Shown here in pieces: positions 1 through 12,900 of a stretch of 64,000 bases of DNA. Position 1 is the stretch's first letter, and every line of letters starts with the position of its first letter. Below the pieces are notes generated by a model. It did not search any database. It had not been told where the DNA came from and was given only the letters and a program-made list of their open reading frames with translations. Position numbers and translations under genes: made by a program. This DNA comes from Mesotaenium endlicherianum (Eukaryota): positions 242,900 through 306,899 of the forward strand of contig WELA01003517.1 in the NCBI GenBank assembly GCA_009602735.1, in the 5' to 3' direction.

Positions 1-129
1 CATCCCCCCTTTCACCCCCCACCCCCACACCTCCCTCGTTCAAAGGCCTGCTGCACCTGCCTCAAATGTCGCCAGTCGCCAGCAGCAGAGGCAGAAGCAC
101 AGGCGGGAGCATAGGCAGGACACACATAC

Positions 130-3100
130 CGGGCATCGAGGTCTTCATCGTCAAAGGAGGAGCGCATGGACGCCAGCTCGGCCTCCATGTTGGTGGCCAG
201 CGTGGTCGTCACCGTGACGGCGGAGCCGCGGCTGTCGCTGTCCACGTCCATGCCCCCGTTGCCCAAAAAGGACACTGGCCCGCCGCTCTGCCTCATGGCG
301 TCCTGCCGGTACACATTGCACACATGACACGTCACACGTCACACGTCGTACCCCCCCCAGAATAAAGGAGGAGCCGGAGGAGGAGGAGGAGAAGCAGGAG
401 GAAGAGGAAGCCAGCAAGAGTGGAGGAGGAAGCAGACGAGAGCAGCCGATGGCTGCACAAGCAGGCATGCAAGCCCAAACACAAATCCTTCCTACGTGCA
501 AAGACCCCAGCCCCCCTCTCCGGGCCTGAGATTCCACCTCCAGCCTAATCCGGGGGGAGCCAAAGGACTACCAAATGCACACCCAGCTCCAGCAACCCCT
601 CCCTCCCCTCCCCCTCTTTCCTTTCTCCAGTGCCTTACATCTCCCGACTACAGCAACTAGCATCTTATAACAGTATGGCACTGGCACATACAGCTAGTGG
701 CAGCGAGTATTAACCCCCCCCCCNAGGAGTAATCTGGAGCAGGACCACTGAGAAGTAAAGTGCACGCGCACGTGAGTATGACCACGAAAGACACGGAGGA
801 GAACATTTCAAAATACACACACACATACAGGCACACGCACACGCACCTACAGACGCACGAGGAGAGAGTGAAGAAGCGGGGCGGACGTGCATGCAACTGG
901 ACGCCCAAGAAGAATGCGAGGGGGCGCACAAAAGAGGCAGCCGGCCAAAGAGCCAGAGAGCAGGCAGACTGTGAGGCGAGCCCGAGTGGCGAGAGAGAGG
1001 CTGTTGGAAGTGAATGATGGCGAGTGGGCCAAGAGGGGCGGAACGTACGGATCCCCCCTCGTGGGTGGCGAGCACGGAGCGGATCTCAGACCAGTAGTCA
1101 GCAGGGCTGCCCGCCAGCACGGCGCAGCGCGCGCGGCGCTTGCGCAGGGATGCGCCGATGCGCGCGCGGCTGCCGGCCTCGTCCATGAGGTCGATGGCCT
1201 TGTCGGGCAGGAAGCGGTCGGAGATGTAGCGCGCCGACAGCTGCACGGCCGCGTGCACCGCCTCCTCCGTGATGTGGCAGCGGTGGTACGCCTCGTACTT
1301 GTCCTTGATGCCCAGCAGGATCTCCGTCGCCGTCTCCTGCACCACCACCACCAGCAGCAGCGGCGGCAGGGTCAGAAAGAGGAGAGAGAACGGCAAGCAG
1401 CAACAGTACGGCCGCGGGGCAACTTCCTGCAGCCATACGCACCAGCAGTGCCAGCAGCACCACCAGCAGCAGTACAGCCACAGAATGGTCAGAGAGGCAA
1501 CAGTGGGACTGCAAGGCGGCTTACCGGAGGCCCCAACCTGCCCGTGCCCCTGCCCCTGCCCCTGCCAAGCAGGTGCAGGTACTAGAAGAGGAGCAGGTCC
1601 CTTAAGAAGATGGTGGGTTTGTAATTTGTATGCCAAAAACAACTTTGTTGTCTGAGAAAAGCCATTAATTGATTGGGAAGCCGTGGCATGCAGGCAGGCA
1701 GGCATGCAGGCAGGCAGGCATGCAGGCAGGCAGGCAGGCGGCTGGACCCTGTCTACCCCACCACGCCACTCAAAGATATCCACAAGAAGGACGGTTGCTG
1801 ATGACAGCCACTCGGTGCGCGGAAAGCTTCCACCGGACAGGTGCGCACTCCCCTCAGCAATCCCACAGCAGCAAACCCACACAAGTGCATTACCCGGCAG
1901 TCACCATGCTTACAATGCAGCACGTGATGGGAATGTGCGTGCGATGCAAGCAGACTTCAACATCCGCACGCACGCACACGCACGTGCAAGCACACACGCT
2001 GGCTAAGCACCCTCAACAGCAGACCCAGGCACATTCATATTACTGCCTCTCGTCCACACTCTCCTGATCCCCGAAGCTCTGATCAGCAGAGAATGCGCCA
2101 CATGCCGGGCCGTCCTGCTGGCCAGCACACCCCCACGCTCCAAAGAAGAGGGAGCGAGAGGGGGAAAGGGGGGTAGGGGGNNNNNNNNNNNNNNNNNNNN
2201 NNNNNNNNNNNNNNNNNNNNNNNNAGGGGGGGGGGGGGAGGGGCGCCAGCTAGGAAGGCATGCGGGAGGCGGGCACTCACAGGGCTGGGCTCCAGCACCA
2301 TGACGGGCTGGAAGCGGCGCGCCAGCGCCTTGTCCTTCTCGATGTGCTTGCGGTGCTCGTCCAGCGTCGTGGCGCCAATGCACTGCTCCCCCCACACCCC
2401 CACACTTCTACTCAGCACTTGCCTAGTCCATCGCCTCGGCCAGCTGTCGCCTGCTGCCTGCCACCAGCCACCTGCTGCTCTCATTTTCCCACTCCCTCTC
2501 GTTCTTCCACATTCCTCCCTTTCTCCCCCCTATATTCCTTCCGCTCGAGCACACAGACTACTGCTACGTGCGCTAGCCCTGTTGCATTCTACTGCAGCAC
2601 ATGCCTAAAGAAAGAAAAGGACGGAGAGAGCGCGTGCGCAATGATGGAAGGGAGCTTCCAAGGTGACCAAGCGGAAAGATGCGGAGAGGCTAGCTCGAAC
2701 CCACCAGGCATCAGGCCCTTGGACTGTGCTGGGCCAAGTCCGTCACCCCCTCCCCCCCATGCAAGCTTGCACACAAATCGGCCGCACCCGGTCTCTCCAC
2801 TCCCTTCCACTGAGACTCAGGGCCGCCAGGTAGCAGTGGCAGTGGCAGAGTCAGCAAGGCGGCTATGATGTGTGGAGGAAGGAGGGGCACCTGGAGCTGG
2901 CCGCGCGCAAGCGCTGGCTTGAGCAGGTTGGAGATGTCGAGGCCGCCCCCCTGGCCGCCGCGGCCCACGGAGCCGGAGCCCACCAGCGTGTGCACCTCGT
3001 CAATCAGCAGCACCACGTTGCCTGCCCCCATAGCCCCCCCCTCCCCCCCCCGCGCGCAAAGGACGCAGTGCAATAGACAGGCGAGACGACAAATAGGTGA

Positions 3101-3989
3101 GACGCGAGCATGAGTGCAGATCCAGTCCCTCTGTTGTTACATAGGTTCACTCAACACGACAGGTGGTGATAGTGCACTAGTGTGTTGGAGAAGTCCTTGT
3201 CAAGAACATGCCATTGAGTACGAGTACGACTCAAGGACATGATTTGCGGGGGCACTAAAATGAGCAACTGACAGGCACTTCATCCAGCTGCATTACTTTT
3301 GAAGGTCCGCAAAGCGACGCCAAACCGGGCGCCAGAATGGGTGCAGGCTACTAGCAAGCAGAGAACCTGAGTGAGGAGAGGAGTGGTGTTGAGCGACGTG
3401 AAAAACGAGAGAATGACAATGAGGACACCAGTCTTTGTGTGCACCGCCAACACCACCACTCAACCGCGTGCAACGGATGCATGCATGCCCAGGTGCATGC
3501 CCTAGCAGACCTCATGGGATTTGCTGCTGGCAGCAGAGAGAGCTCTACGCACGCTGATGCTGCACAACCCCAGCAGCAGGAGCTGCTCCTACCACCTGCT
3601 GATACAGGGCACACAGCACACATCCACCTACTCCACGCTTCCCGTACCCTCCTGGCAGAGAACAAGGCTTGAGGCACACACGCTCACACACACGCACACA
3701 CACATGCTACATGGAAGAAATGCGCCCGTTCATGCATGCAAATGGCACCGCCTCAGCGCACACCAGGCTGCAGCTACGAAAGACAGCAGGCAGGTATCAG
3801 AAGAACAAGGAGGAGGAAGAATAGGAGGAGGAGGCAGAGGAGGAGCCCACCGGCTTTGATGGTCTCCTCAATGAGGCTGGTGACGCGAGTCTCCAGCTCC
3901 CCGCGCTCCTTGGCGCCCGCCATCAGCAGCATGATGTCCAGTGCCAGCACCCTCTTGCTCTGCACGCACACCCCACACGCGCGCACGCA

Positions 3990-4042
<53 letters not shown>

Positions 4043-7000
4043 GCGCGCGCGTATGCACGCGAGGAAGGGGGGCGGGGGGGAGATTGTCAGGCGCTGGCGT
4101 GCCTTGTCGCATCAGTCACCATCCCTGGGTCAGGCCCAGCGAGAGCATCGAGCCAAGGTTATTTATAAATCTTAGCAGAAGTGTGGGCCATCATCTTTAC
4201 CAGCACCCACAGCAGCAGCAACAGGTGGCAGTCCTCAGCACCCAGCACGAGGCACCACTGGGCCCATCACCAGGGGCGCGGAGAAGAATCGAGCACGGGG
4301 AAAAGAAGCCTCTAGTTTAATTCTAAATATCTGTGATCTTGTTTCATTTGTTCCTCCTCCCTTGTTACCTCCTTCAAATCGTCACAAGCAATTAGATAGA
4401 GAAAGAGAGAGAGCGGGGACAACAATTGGGCAACAAACAAACCAAGGAAGCGGCAGAAGGAAAAAAGAAAAAAGGACAAAGGAGACGATAGAGGGAGGGG
4501 ATGATCAGGAACACACGGAACAAGGAGCACAAGGAAAAAGGGGGGGGGGGGAGAGGGAGAGAGAAAGGGAGGGCGCAGCGCCTGCAGAGGCCACAACTGA
4601 CCGCGAGAAACTCGGGCACGTTGCCGGCGACGATGCGCGTGGCGAGGCCCTCCGCGATGGCCGTCTTGCCCACGCCGGGCTCGCCCAGCAGGATGGGGTT
4701 GTTCTTTGTGCGCCGCGCCAAAATCTCCACCACACGCTGCACCTCCTTGTCGCGCCCGATCACGGGGTCGATCAAGCCCTGGGCGGCGCGCGCCGTGATG
4801 TCCACGCAAAAGTCCGCCAGCGCCCCTCCCTTCTCTGCAGCCCCGGCTCAGCCCAAACGGTCACCTTGGTGAGTATGTGTCTGCGCCCTGGTGGGGGTGT
4901 CCAAGGGCTGTAATGAGCCGGTGAGAGCTGCTAAGACCTGTGGGTCAGTGGCAGCCGGTCTATGTGAAGGCAACGCAAGCACGGTCTAGAGACGGAGCCG
5001 CGGCCTCGTGTGGGACGAGAAGCCTGACCAGACATTGCCGGACGCTCTTCCCCATGCAAGCACACACCTGCTCTTCTCTGAGAGAGGAAGGAGAGGCAAG
5101 CAAGCAGGCACGGACGAGCTACTATATCGACAGCAGGCTGCGAGAGTAACGGCGCAGGGCCTAAAGAGAAGAATAGAAAAGAGGCATCGTGATGTGTCAA
5201 CAACACGCATGGGAGGCAACTGAGCGAAAATTTGTGCACATCCATGCATGCATGCGTGAGACCCACGAGCCAGCTCCTCCATGTGGACAGAGAGGTCCAG
5301 ACGTTCACGCAAGGCAGGGCTGAGATGCCGCGGTCTAGTAGCAGCAGCAGCAGCAGCACACAGCAAGGCCAACAGATACGGAAGAAGAAGCAAGCAGCTA
5401 GCTCACACTCATCATCAGAACGGCTCTATGCATGCGCATTTCCGGCAGGCAGTCAACTGCAGAGATACAGAGCTTTCCTCCCCTTTCTTCCTTTCTCTCT
5501 CTCTCTCTGCCAGCTCCAGCACCCCTGCCTGACAAGCCTCTCCTCTATCTGGATCCAGAGCCAGGGCACGGTAGGCTGAGAAAAGAGCGGACTGAGCGCA
5601 AACAGCCCCCACCCGATCAGCCCTGCAAGGAGGGGGCGGGGATCCTCTGCAGCAGCTTAGAGCCCCCCTCCCCCTCCTTCTGCCCCGACTCCTGCCTGGT
5701 GCATCTGCACCTGCACCTGCACCTGCATCTGCATCTGCTTCTGCATGTGCATCTGTACCTGCACAAGGGTGCATCTGTACCTACACCTGTACCTGCATCA
5801 GAACCTGCATCACAGGCAAGGCAGCGAAAATGGAAAGAAAGAGGGGGGGAGGGGAGGGGATGAGGAAGGGGAGACCTTTGCGGTTGCTGGAGCGCACAGA
5901 GGTGGCGGTGCTGCTGCTGACAGTCTGCTTAGCCGCCGCCATGCCTGCCGTCGAGCGTCCCTCCTTGGCCAGCTCCCCCTTCAGCCTGCTGATGGCTTCC
6001 TCGTGCAGCTTGTCCTTCCTCAATCCCAGCCTGGCAGATCAGATCACATCAGATATAATCGGATCACATCAGATCAGACAAGTCGAACCCCACATTGAGC
6101 TTCCATGGAGTAAATGGCACAAGCGAGTGAGAGCACACACAAACACCTCCACCCACATGGCTAGCACCATACGATCACCTTGGACACGTGAAAGGGTGGG
6201 GAGGGGNAGGAGAAGCAGACATCTCTTCCACAGGAGGCCCTTCAAGGTCCAGCCTCAGCCTGAGCGAAAAGCTCCAAGCAGGACACTCTGCAGCAGAATG
6301 ACAGCCCCCCGGCATCTGACCACAAGAGGGCTGTCATCTCATGACGAGCCGGCAGTGATTTTCGTTTCATGCCCATCCATAATCATCAGTTTCTTGACGG
6401 CACTAAATTGATGGCACTGAATTGAAGCACTGAATACTGCGGGCATATATTAATGCGGGTTGCCTGTGCATGCCTGCGGGACAGAGATTGATACAAAACC
6501 ATGATTACACTGCCCCCAGACTGACTGGACATATAATACGGAATCACTGCATGCATCTTGCACCAAACTCCACATGTCATGATCGTCTTCACAACAAATC
6601 GATGAGTAGTAGTGCAATCTCGCAATGAAAGGTCATACGGACAACTCGAGAGCAGAACCATTTTTTCATAAAAAGTGTCGTCATTAACCCCAAAGTGAGG
6701 TAGTAGTGCATCCCTCGCATGCCGTTCCCACGATGGCACATACAAACGATACTCCCTTCTTTGGTCTCAATTTGATCATGCAATAGGCGGCCAGAGCCCA
6801 CCACTTCAAGTCAAACAAGACTGCAGTCACATACAGACTGCACGATAAGCATAAATGCACATAGAAGACAGCCAACATGGATGAAGAGACGGTACCTGTC
6901 AACAATTTTTGCTGCTCCGCCCTCCTCGACTGCCAGTACGGCAATTGCAAGGTGTTCAGGAGCTATGTAGTTGTGGCCCATCTTTCTCGACTCCTCCAGG

Positions 7001-7599
7001 GCCACTTCAAAAACTAATTTGCTTCCTGAAGAGAAGGGTACCTCAGAAGCGGGCTTCTCACTTCCTGCCATACTAGAAACTTCTTGGTCCTCAAGGTAGG
7101 ATCGAACTGCATCTCGGGCTCTCTCAATTGTGACTCCTGTTTTCAAGAACCCAACACTGTCACGTTCCTCGGCAATCAAGCCTAAGAGTAACTGCTCAGT
7201 TCCAACCTCGCCTCTCCCCATAGCCTTCGCCTCCCTTTGCGCAAGCATAACTGACTTCACGGCCCTCTCAGTAAATATCTCAAATACCGCGGTGACAACT
7301 CCTCTGCTAGCAGGCTGCGCATGCCTTGATTCTAAGCAACGGAACGCTGCCTTACAGAAGGCCTCGTCTGCAGACAAATCTTTGTTGCGTAAGATTGCAG
7401 GCATCTTTTTAAGACCACTGTGGGATGCATCCAACTGAATCTCACGGCAACGCAAATTCCGTTTCACAGATGCTGAAACATCTACAGGAGTCACGGCCTT
7501 CCTCTGGCCTGAATGCCATGAAGACCGCCGAACGGTTTGTCCGGCAGGATAAGCATACGATGCAAAAGTAGGAATTGCTATTGACGCTACTGCCTCCAT
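130..7599 (-). CDS. clpD: Plastid Hsp100 chaperone ClpD/ERD1-like, 5' part (8 exons: 7599-6896, 6030-5876, 4834-4602, 3959-3851, 3021-2891, 2382-2281, 1336-1049, 302-130); gene continues past the left edge
   Basis: All introns are GT-AG and the exons join in frame. Transit-peptide-like N-terminus, Clp-N repeats ([27 protein letters not shown]), [23 protein letters not shown], Walker A GEPGVGKT, Walker [35 protein letters not shown]. The ClpD-type segments [21 protein letters not shown] and DYWSEIR favour ClpD over ClpC. Exon 8 is the least certain. Confidence 0.9.
1687..1740. repeat. (GCAG/GCAT)n intronic microsatellite
   Basis: gcatgcaggcaggcaggcatgcagg... run seen directly. Confidence 0.85.
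3961..4055. repeat. (AC)n followed by (GC)n, alternating purine-pyrimidine tract
   Basis: acacac... then gcgcgc..., abutting the clpD exon 4 acceptor. Confidence 0.9.
5700..5812. repeat. Degenerate hexamer repeat (CCTGCA/TCTGCA)n
   Basis: Seen directly in clpD intron 2. Confidence 0.85.
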
Positions 7600-10526
7600 T
7601 ATATGCTATATGTACACTTGAATCAAGATATATACAAACTAAGTTATATGCAATTGGAAGTTGCTGAAAAAAAGACGTAAGCTATATGTACAAGGTAAAC
7701 GGGAAGAAGTACGCAGGAGACTGGTATTTACACTTCAGCATACGAGGTCGACTTCACTGGAATAGGATGAAGAACAATTGCGCTATTGGGGAACTATGTT
7801 CACCGATTTGTAGTTAAGCAAAGAGTGCAGTGGCAGGAAATGGTGCAGACAGATGGTTGCGCTTGGTAGGTGCTGACGCTTCACTCGGCGTTGGTTGACT
7901 AAGCCACAGAACTTGCTTGGCAAAGAACACTTCTTTTCTCAACTTTTCCACCTATTTTCAAATTACGACTGCAGTGGCTCCAGCAAACAGTCAGCATGTA
8001 CCCTTGTCGACCATTTGCTTCAGTTTGATGCAATGTAGTTGAATAAAATACCATTTGACAACCATTGATACAAGCAGTTTGGCGACAACAATAACCATAA
8101 GCGTCCACCTGAGCCAATTGTCCTGTTACATTTGGACTGACCCCTTTTCTGCACCAATCAAAAATTTGGAAGGCCAGCGCCCCGGAGCCATAAATATGTT
8201 TCAGATTGTTTCAGAGCATTTTATCAGTGGTAACAAAACTAATGACAATTTAGAGCTGTTACAGAGTATTTCAAACCAAGTGATATCAAGTAAATCTTCA
8301 ATGCCGGAAATTGTAGCGGTCTCGACGAAGTAGAGGCGACTGGAGGCGACGACCTCGATGAGTACACGCGGTCTGAGTCCTGACGCACTCGGTTCCGAAG
8401 CCGAATTGAAGTGTTCTTCACATGAACTGAAACCGTGCGGGGTGAGCTAGCTGGAGGCTGGAGCAAGCTGGAGCAAGAGTCATATCTGTGCACACTTGTG
8501 CGTGTGCCGGCAACCACCGCCAACCGTAGTAAGCTGGCCGCGATCACATGGTAGGGAAGATGTTACGTCGTCAACCCTCACGGCAAATGAACACCCAGAT
8601 CCCACCGAGTCCGTTGCTCCTTACCTACTGGCTTTCCTGCGAAAGCAAATCGCACGAAATATCTTCCAGCAATTTAATTCGTCATCACCTTTTCAAAAGA
8701 GTCAAACCTGGATTAGCTTCACTGGCTTTAGCCACGTGCTTTTCATCGAATCCAGTTATATTAAGCTGATTTGAGCAGGTCACTTGAACCGTCGACGACA
8801 GATCTGACGCCAAAGCACGCCAAAGTCGTCCAGCCGTTGTCGGGATCTGACACCAACTATCTGATTTGCTAGTGACGAGCCCGTGGCCCGTGACCGACCG
8901 TGACCAGCTGCGAAGCTGCGACCATTTTCCCCAAACATTTCACCTGCCACAATTTGGCGCCAATATTTACATCTTTCCTGACGTTTGTATGCTACGGCCA
9001 TTCGCGAACCGCGCCATACACCCGATTCGATAGGGGTCCATATTCACGCACGTTCACGCACATATGAAAAGCTGTGCAAAACCGCAGCAGCAGGCGCGCG
9101 CAGCTTTGGCCACAACCCCTGAATTTGTTCTGGTTCGTCCTCGTCGCGTTTCACACTGCCTCGAACCGGAGTGCCGTAACACGGAATGGCTGACGTCGAA
9201 AATTTGTATTATATTTGATTTGGGTCAATATATGTGATATTGGGTCATGGTGGGCATTGGGCAGTTGTTGGCATCAGTTGGCATGGCTCCCATAGAGGAC
9301 GCCGATGAGGGAAGTCGAGGCTGCCGTCATCTGCCGTCCACACACCAGGGTCCACTTTTTTCGCAAATATATTTTTCGTGTAGGACAATATGTGTCATCA
9401 TACTCTACCCAAATTTAGAGCAAGCGCTCATTACCCACGCTTGCATGTAAACGACGCCTTTTGCGCTTAGCCAAAGAAGAAGCATAGGTGCACGAGAGAC
9501 CCCAACATCTTCTCAATCAACAATCTAATGGTGATCATGTTGAAGACTCTAACAATGAATATAGCATTTATGCTCAAAAATTAAAGCGATATCTCCAACA
9601 ACAAGGAAGAACATAGTACGTAGGCTTCTAAGAAATACAATATAAACACACTTTGTTCCCAGATTGGCTAAAAGCGTAGAAGATGAAGATAGTCATAAGA
9701 AGTGAAGGCATAGTGCAACTTGACTCTTTGACTAATTTTGCATCGTTCCAATCAATGACTTACGCTTAGCTTAGCCATAATAGTCCAATAAATTTTGTTA
9801 GGGTGAATATACTCTACTTAACTTGACTACTAGAAACATCAAACTCAAGCAAAAATGACAGGAAATTACTAGAGCTTGGATGGCATTCACTTGATTTTGA
9901 AGAAATTTTCTAGCATAAAAGAACTCTTGTTTTGCCAATGCACTATAAAAAGTAGATATGTCATGCTTAAGCTTCTTTTTGTTATCAAATACCAATAAGA
10001 AACATTCTTTGGAGGGCGGTCGTGGGTTATACATCCTGCGGCTCATTCATCGAGACGTGATCCAAACAGCGCAAGATTTTCCATCCAATCACTACATATT
10101 GCCTTCGAATAAGACGCGTTACATATGTTGTCTTTCGCAAAGGTCTTTGAAAAGCGTGCATACAAGTTGTCACCATTGTGTAGTCGAGTGGACTGGACCA
10201 CGTGGTTATGATATGTCATATACATGGGAATGAATATCATATGTTGCGATACTGACCGGGTAAAAGGTTTCCTGTGATAATTACAGGCTTATCGACACAT
10301 AGCACATTGAAAATCGTAGAGTAAAATTGGATGAACACTAAGATATTCTATGGGTTCCACATTGGTGTAGATGATGATGCCATAGGATATGGGCGACATT
10401 AATGGATAATGAGCAAGTTGCTGCGAGGAAAGAAAGAGCGAGGGAGCACGACGATAGACCAGATGATAGACTAGTAGCAATTATCTATGATAGAAAGAGA
10501 GAATAAAGCAAGAAAGGAAAAAGGAG

Positions 10527-11245
10527 TGAAATGAATCAACTTACCAATTAGGCGATTAACAATTAATAAAAATCTTCATATCAACAAGTAATCTTTATGG
10601 TATTTTTCGTTAATTGAATTAACAGCAAAGGACCACACACTAGCAGTGAATAATACTCGTAAGTCAAATGCAAGTAAACTAGCATCAATAATGCAATCAG
10701 TAAACTCATACATAAGCAAGGTTGGAAGACAGTGTGTATCAATGGCTTCTAGCATTGGATTCAGATCTCTCTCAGTAAGCTGTACAAGAGAGTTGGCCTC
10801 GTTTTCGAATGCCGAACTCGAGAGCAATGCCTAGCATATGTATAGGGAATGAGTTTACTGTTCAACGGCCAGTGCGATGGCACCGCCTACCCGAGATTTA
10901 ACCACGTTGGTAGGACCTCGGTTAACCAAATCCACCGCCATCTCCCATCATCCCGAATCGCCATCCATCATAGGAATGTCATCTGGCCATTCATCTAGCA
11001 TCCCACACTTAGATGCATATCGAGGCAGTTCGCTGCTACCGAGCACGGCAGTCAGCTGGCTGTCAAAGAATGTGTCAGCAAGCTGATTTAAGTTGGCTTC
11101 AGCCTGTTGCTTCTGTCTGAGCCCTTAAATTGATAATTATATAAACTCCAGCAGACTTAATACTACATAAAGTTCAGTAGGCTGAACTTAATTAACTATT
11201 ATATTTAAATGAATACTATATCTACTAATATACTGATTCATTACA
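10527..11245 (-). mobile_element. fam1 3' LTR (reverse), preceded on the minus strand by hairpin+PPT; probable 3' end of element A
   Basis: Reverse complement reads TGTAATGAATCAG...ATTCATTTCA and is similar to the 12146-12866 LTR. 11246-11280 is the reverse complement of GTTGTCGAGGCGACAAC...AGGTTGGAGGGAT. Confidence 0.9.
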
Positions 11246-12867
11246 ATCCCTCCAACCTAACTCGTTGTCGCCTCGACAACATTAAACTGAAGAAATCTTT
11301 GGTCAGGGAACTGAACCTGACCAGCCTCCCCCACTGACTGCCTCTTCAGCCTGTGAAATGAATCGACTTACCAAATAGGCGATTAACAATTGATGCCCAC
11401 ATAGACAGGCATACTGTGTAACTTAACAATTTTACAGTTAAAGTAAGAGGAGCCAGTGATGGGCAGACTGATTTGGCACCCACCAGTGCTCTTCCTCTTG
11501 TCCTGTGTGGATGGCAAATAAAGGAAAAGAAGAGGCTTCCAGAAGGATGCAAGTTGCTGAATGCAATGGAGTTTGTCAAAAGCTGGAACCAAAAAAAAGA
11601 CAAAATGTTATATCTTCTGCTAAGAGAGGTACCTCCTCAACCTGAAGAAGTGGTGGAGAAAAAGGTAAGCCCTAAAGAAGAAGTATGCCTTACCCAGAAT
11701 CGAGGACTTGCTTCATACCCTGTCTGGTACTCAGGTGTTCAGTAAGATAGATATCAAAAGTGGTTATCATCAAATCAGAATTGCTGAGGGGGATGAACAC
11801 AAGACTGCCTTCCGCACACGTTATGGACACTATGAGTTCAACGTGATGCCATTTGGACTGACTAATGCTCCTGCCACCTTCATGGGTGCTATGAATGACA
11901 TTTTCAGACCTTATTTGGATAAGTTGGTGCAAGTTTTCCTTGATGATATTGTAATTTTCTCTAAAGATGAAGCTCAGCACACTGAACACTTAGAGACAGT
12001 CCTGGACACTCTGAGAAAAAATCACTTACATGCTAAAATGAGCAAGTGTGATTTCTTTCAAGAAAGTATTGAATTCATAGGCCACGTTGTCAGTAACGAA
12101 GGCATCAGTGTGGACCCTAAGAAAGTCCAGACCATAAGGGACTGGTGTAATGAATCAGTATACTGGTCGATATAATATTCATTTAAATAATATAGTTAAA
12201 TAAGTTCAGCCTGCTGAACTCTAGTTAATAATCAGTCTGCTGGACTTTATACTTAATATCTCTTTAATGACTTGGCCGCAAGTAGCAGGCTGAGGCCACC
12301 TTAAGTCAACTTGCTGACACGTTCTTTGACAGCCAGCTGACTTCCGTACTCGGTAGCAGCGAACTGCCTCAATATGCATCTAAGTGTGGTATGCTAGATG
12401 AATGGCCACATGACATCCCTATGATGGATGGCGATTCGGGATGATGGGAGATGGCGGTGGATTTGGTTAACCGAGGTCCTACCAACGTGGTTAACTCCCG
12501 GGTAGGCGGTGCCATCGCACTGACCGTTGAACAGTAAACTCATTCCATGTACATACGCTAGACATTGCTCTCGAGTTCGACATTCGGAAACAAGGCCAAC
12601 TCTCTTGTATAGCTTACTGAGAGAGATCTGAATCCAAGGCGAGAAGCCATTGATACGCACTGTCTTCTAACCTTGCTTATCTATAAGTTTACTGATTTGC
12701 ATTATTGATGCTAGTTTACTCTCATTTGACTGACGAGTAATATTCACTGCTAGTGCGTTGTCCTTTTGCCGTTAAACGGTTAACGGAAAGTACCATAAAG
12801 ATTACTCGCTGATATAAAGATCTTTATTAATTGTTAATCGCCTATTTGGTAAGTCGATTCATTTCAG

Positions 12868-12879
12868 TGGTATCGGAGC
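12868..12879 (+). promoter_or_regulatory. Primer binding site, tRNA-iMet type (TGGTATCGGAGC)
   Basis: 1 nt after the LTR end, one mismatch to canonical TGGTATCAGAGC. Also at 27792 and 41106. Confidence 0.85.
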
Positions 12880-12900
12880 AGTTATCACAGTCTTCTTTGT

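Noticed and set aside
1..6800. Many overlapping ORFs rich in HTHT, CVCV or poly-Q/L
   Set aside because: Translations of intronic microsatellites and antisense frames of GC-rich clpD exons
9200..10526. AT-rich stretch with short ORFs upstream of clpD
   Set aside because: No recognisable domain, terminal repeat or TSD; possibly an old TE remnant but unsupported
12446..12535. LTR motif as 5S rRNA (Cassandra-like), tRNA or hammerhead ribozyme
   Set aside because: No similarity to 5S or tRNA boxes seen and no CUGAUGA/GAAA core; kept only as an unassigned structured motif
12394..12660. Recurrent 88-aa (MRINGFSPW...) and 69-aa (MAPPTRE...) ORFs antisense to the LTRs
   Set aside because: They recur only because the LTR is repeated; short, no recognisable motif, and the 88-aa one has a non-ATG start
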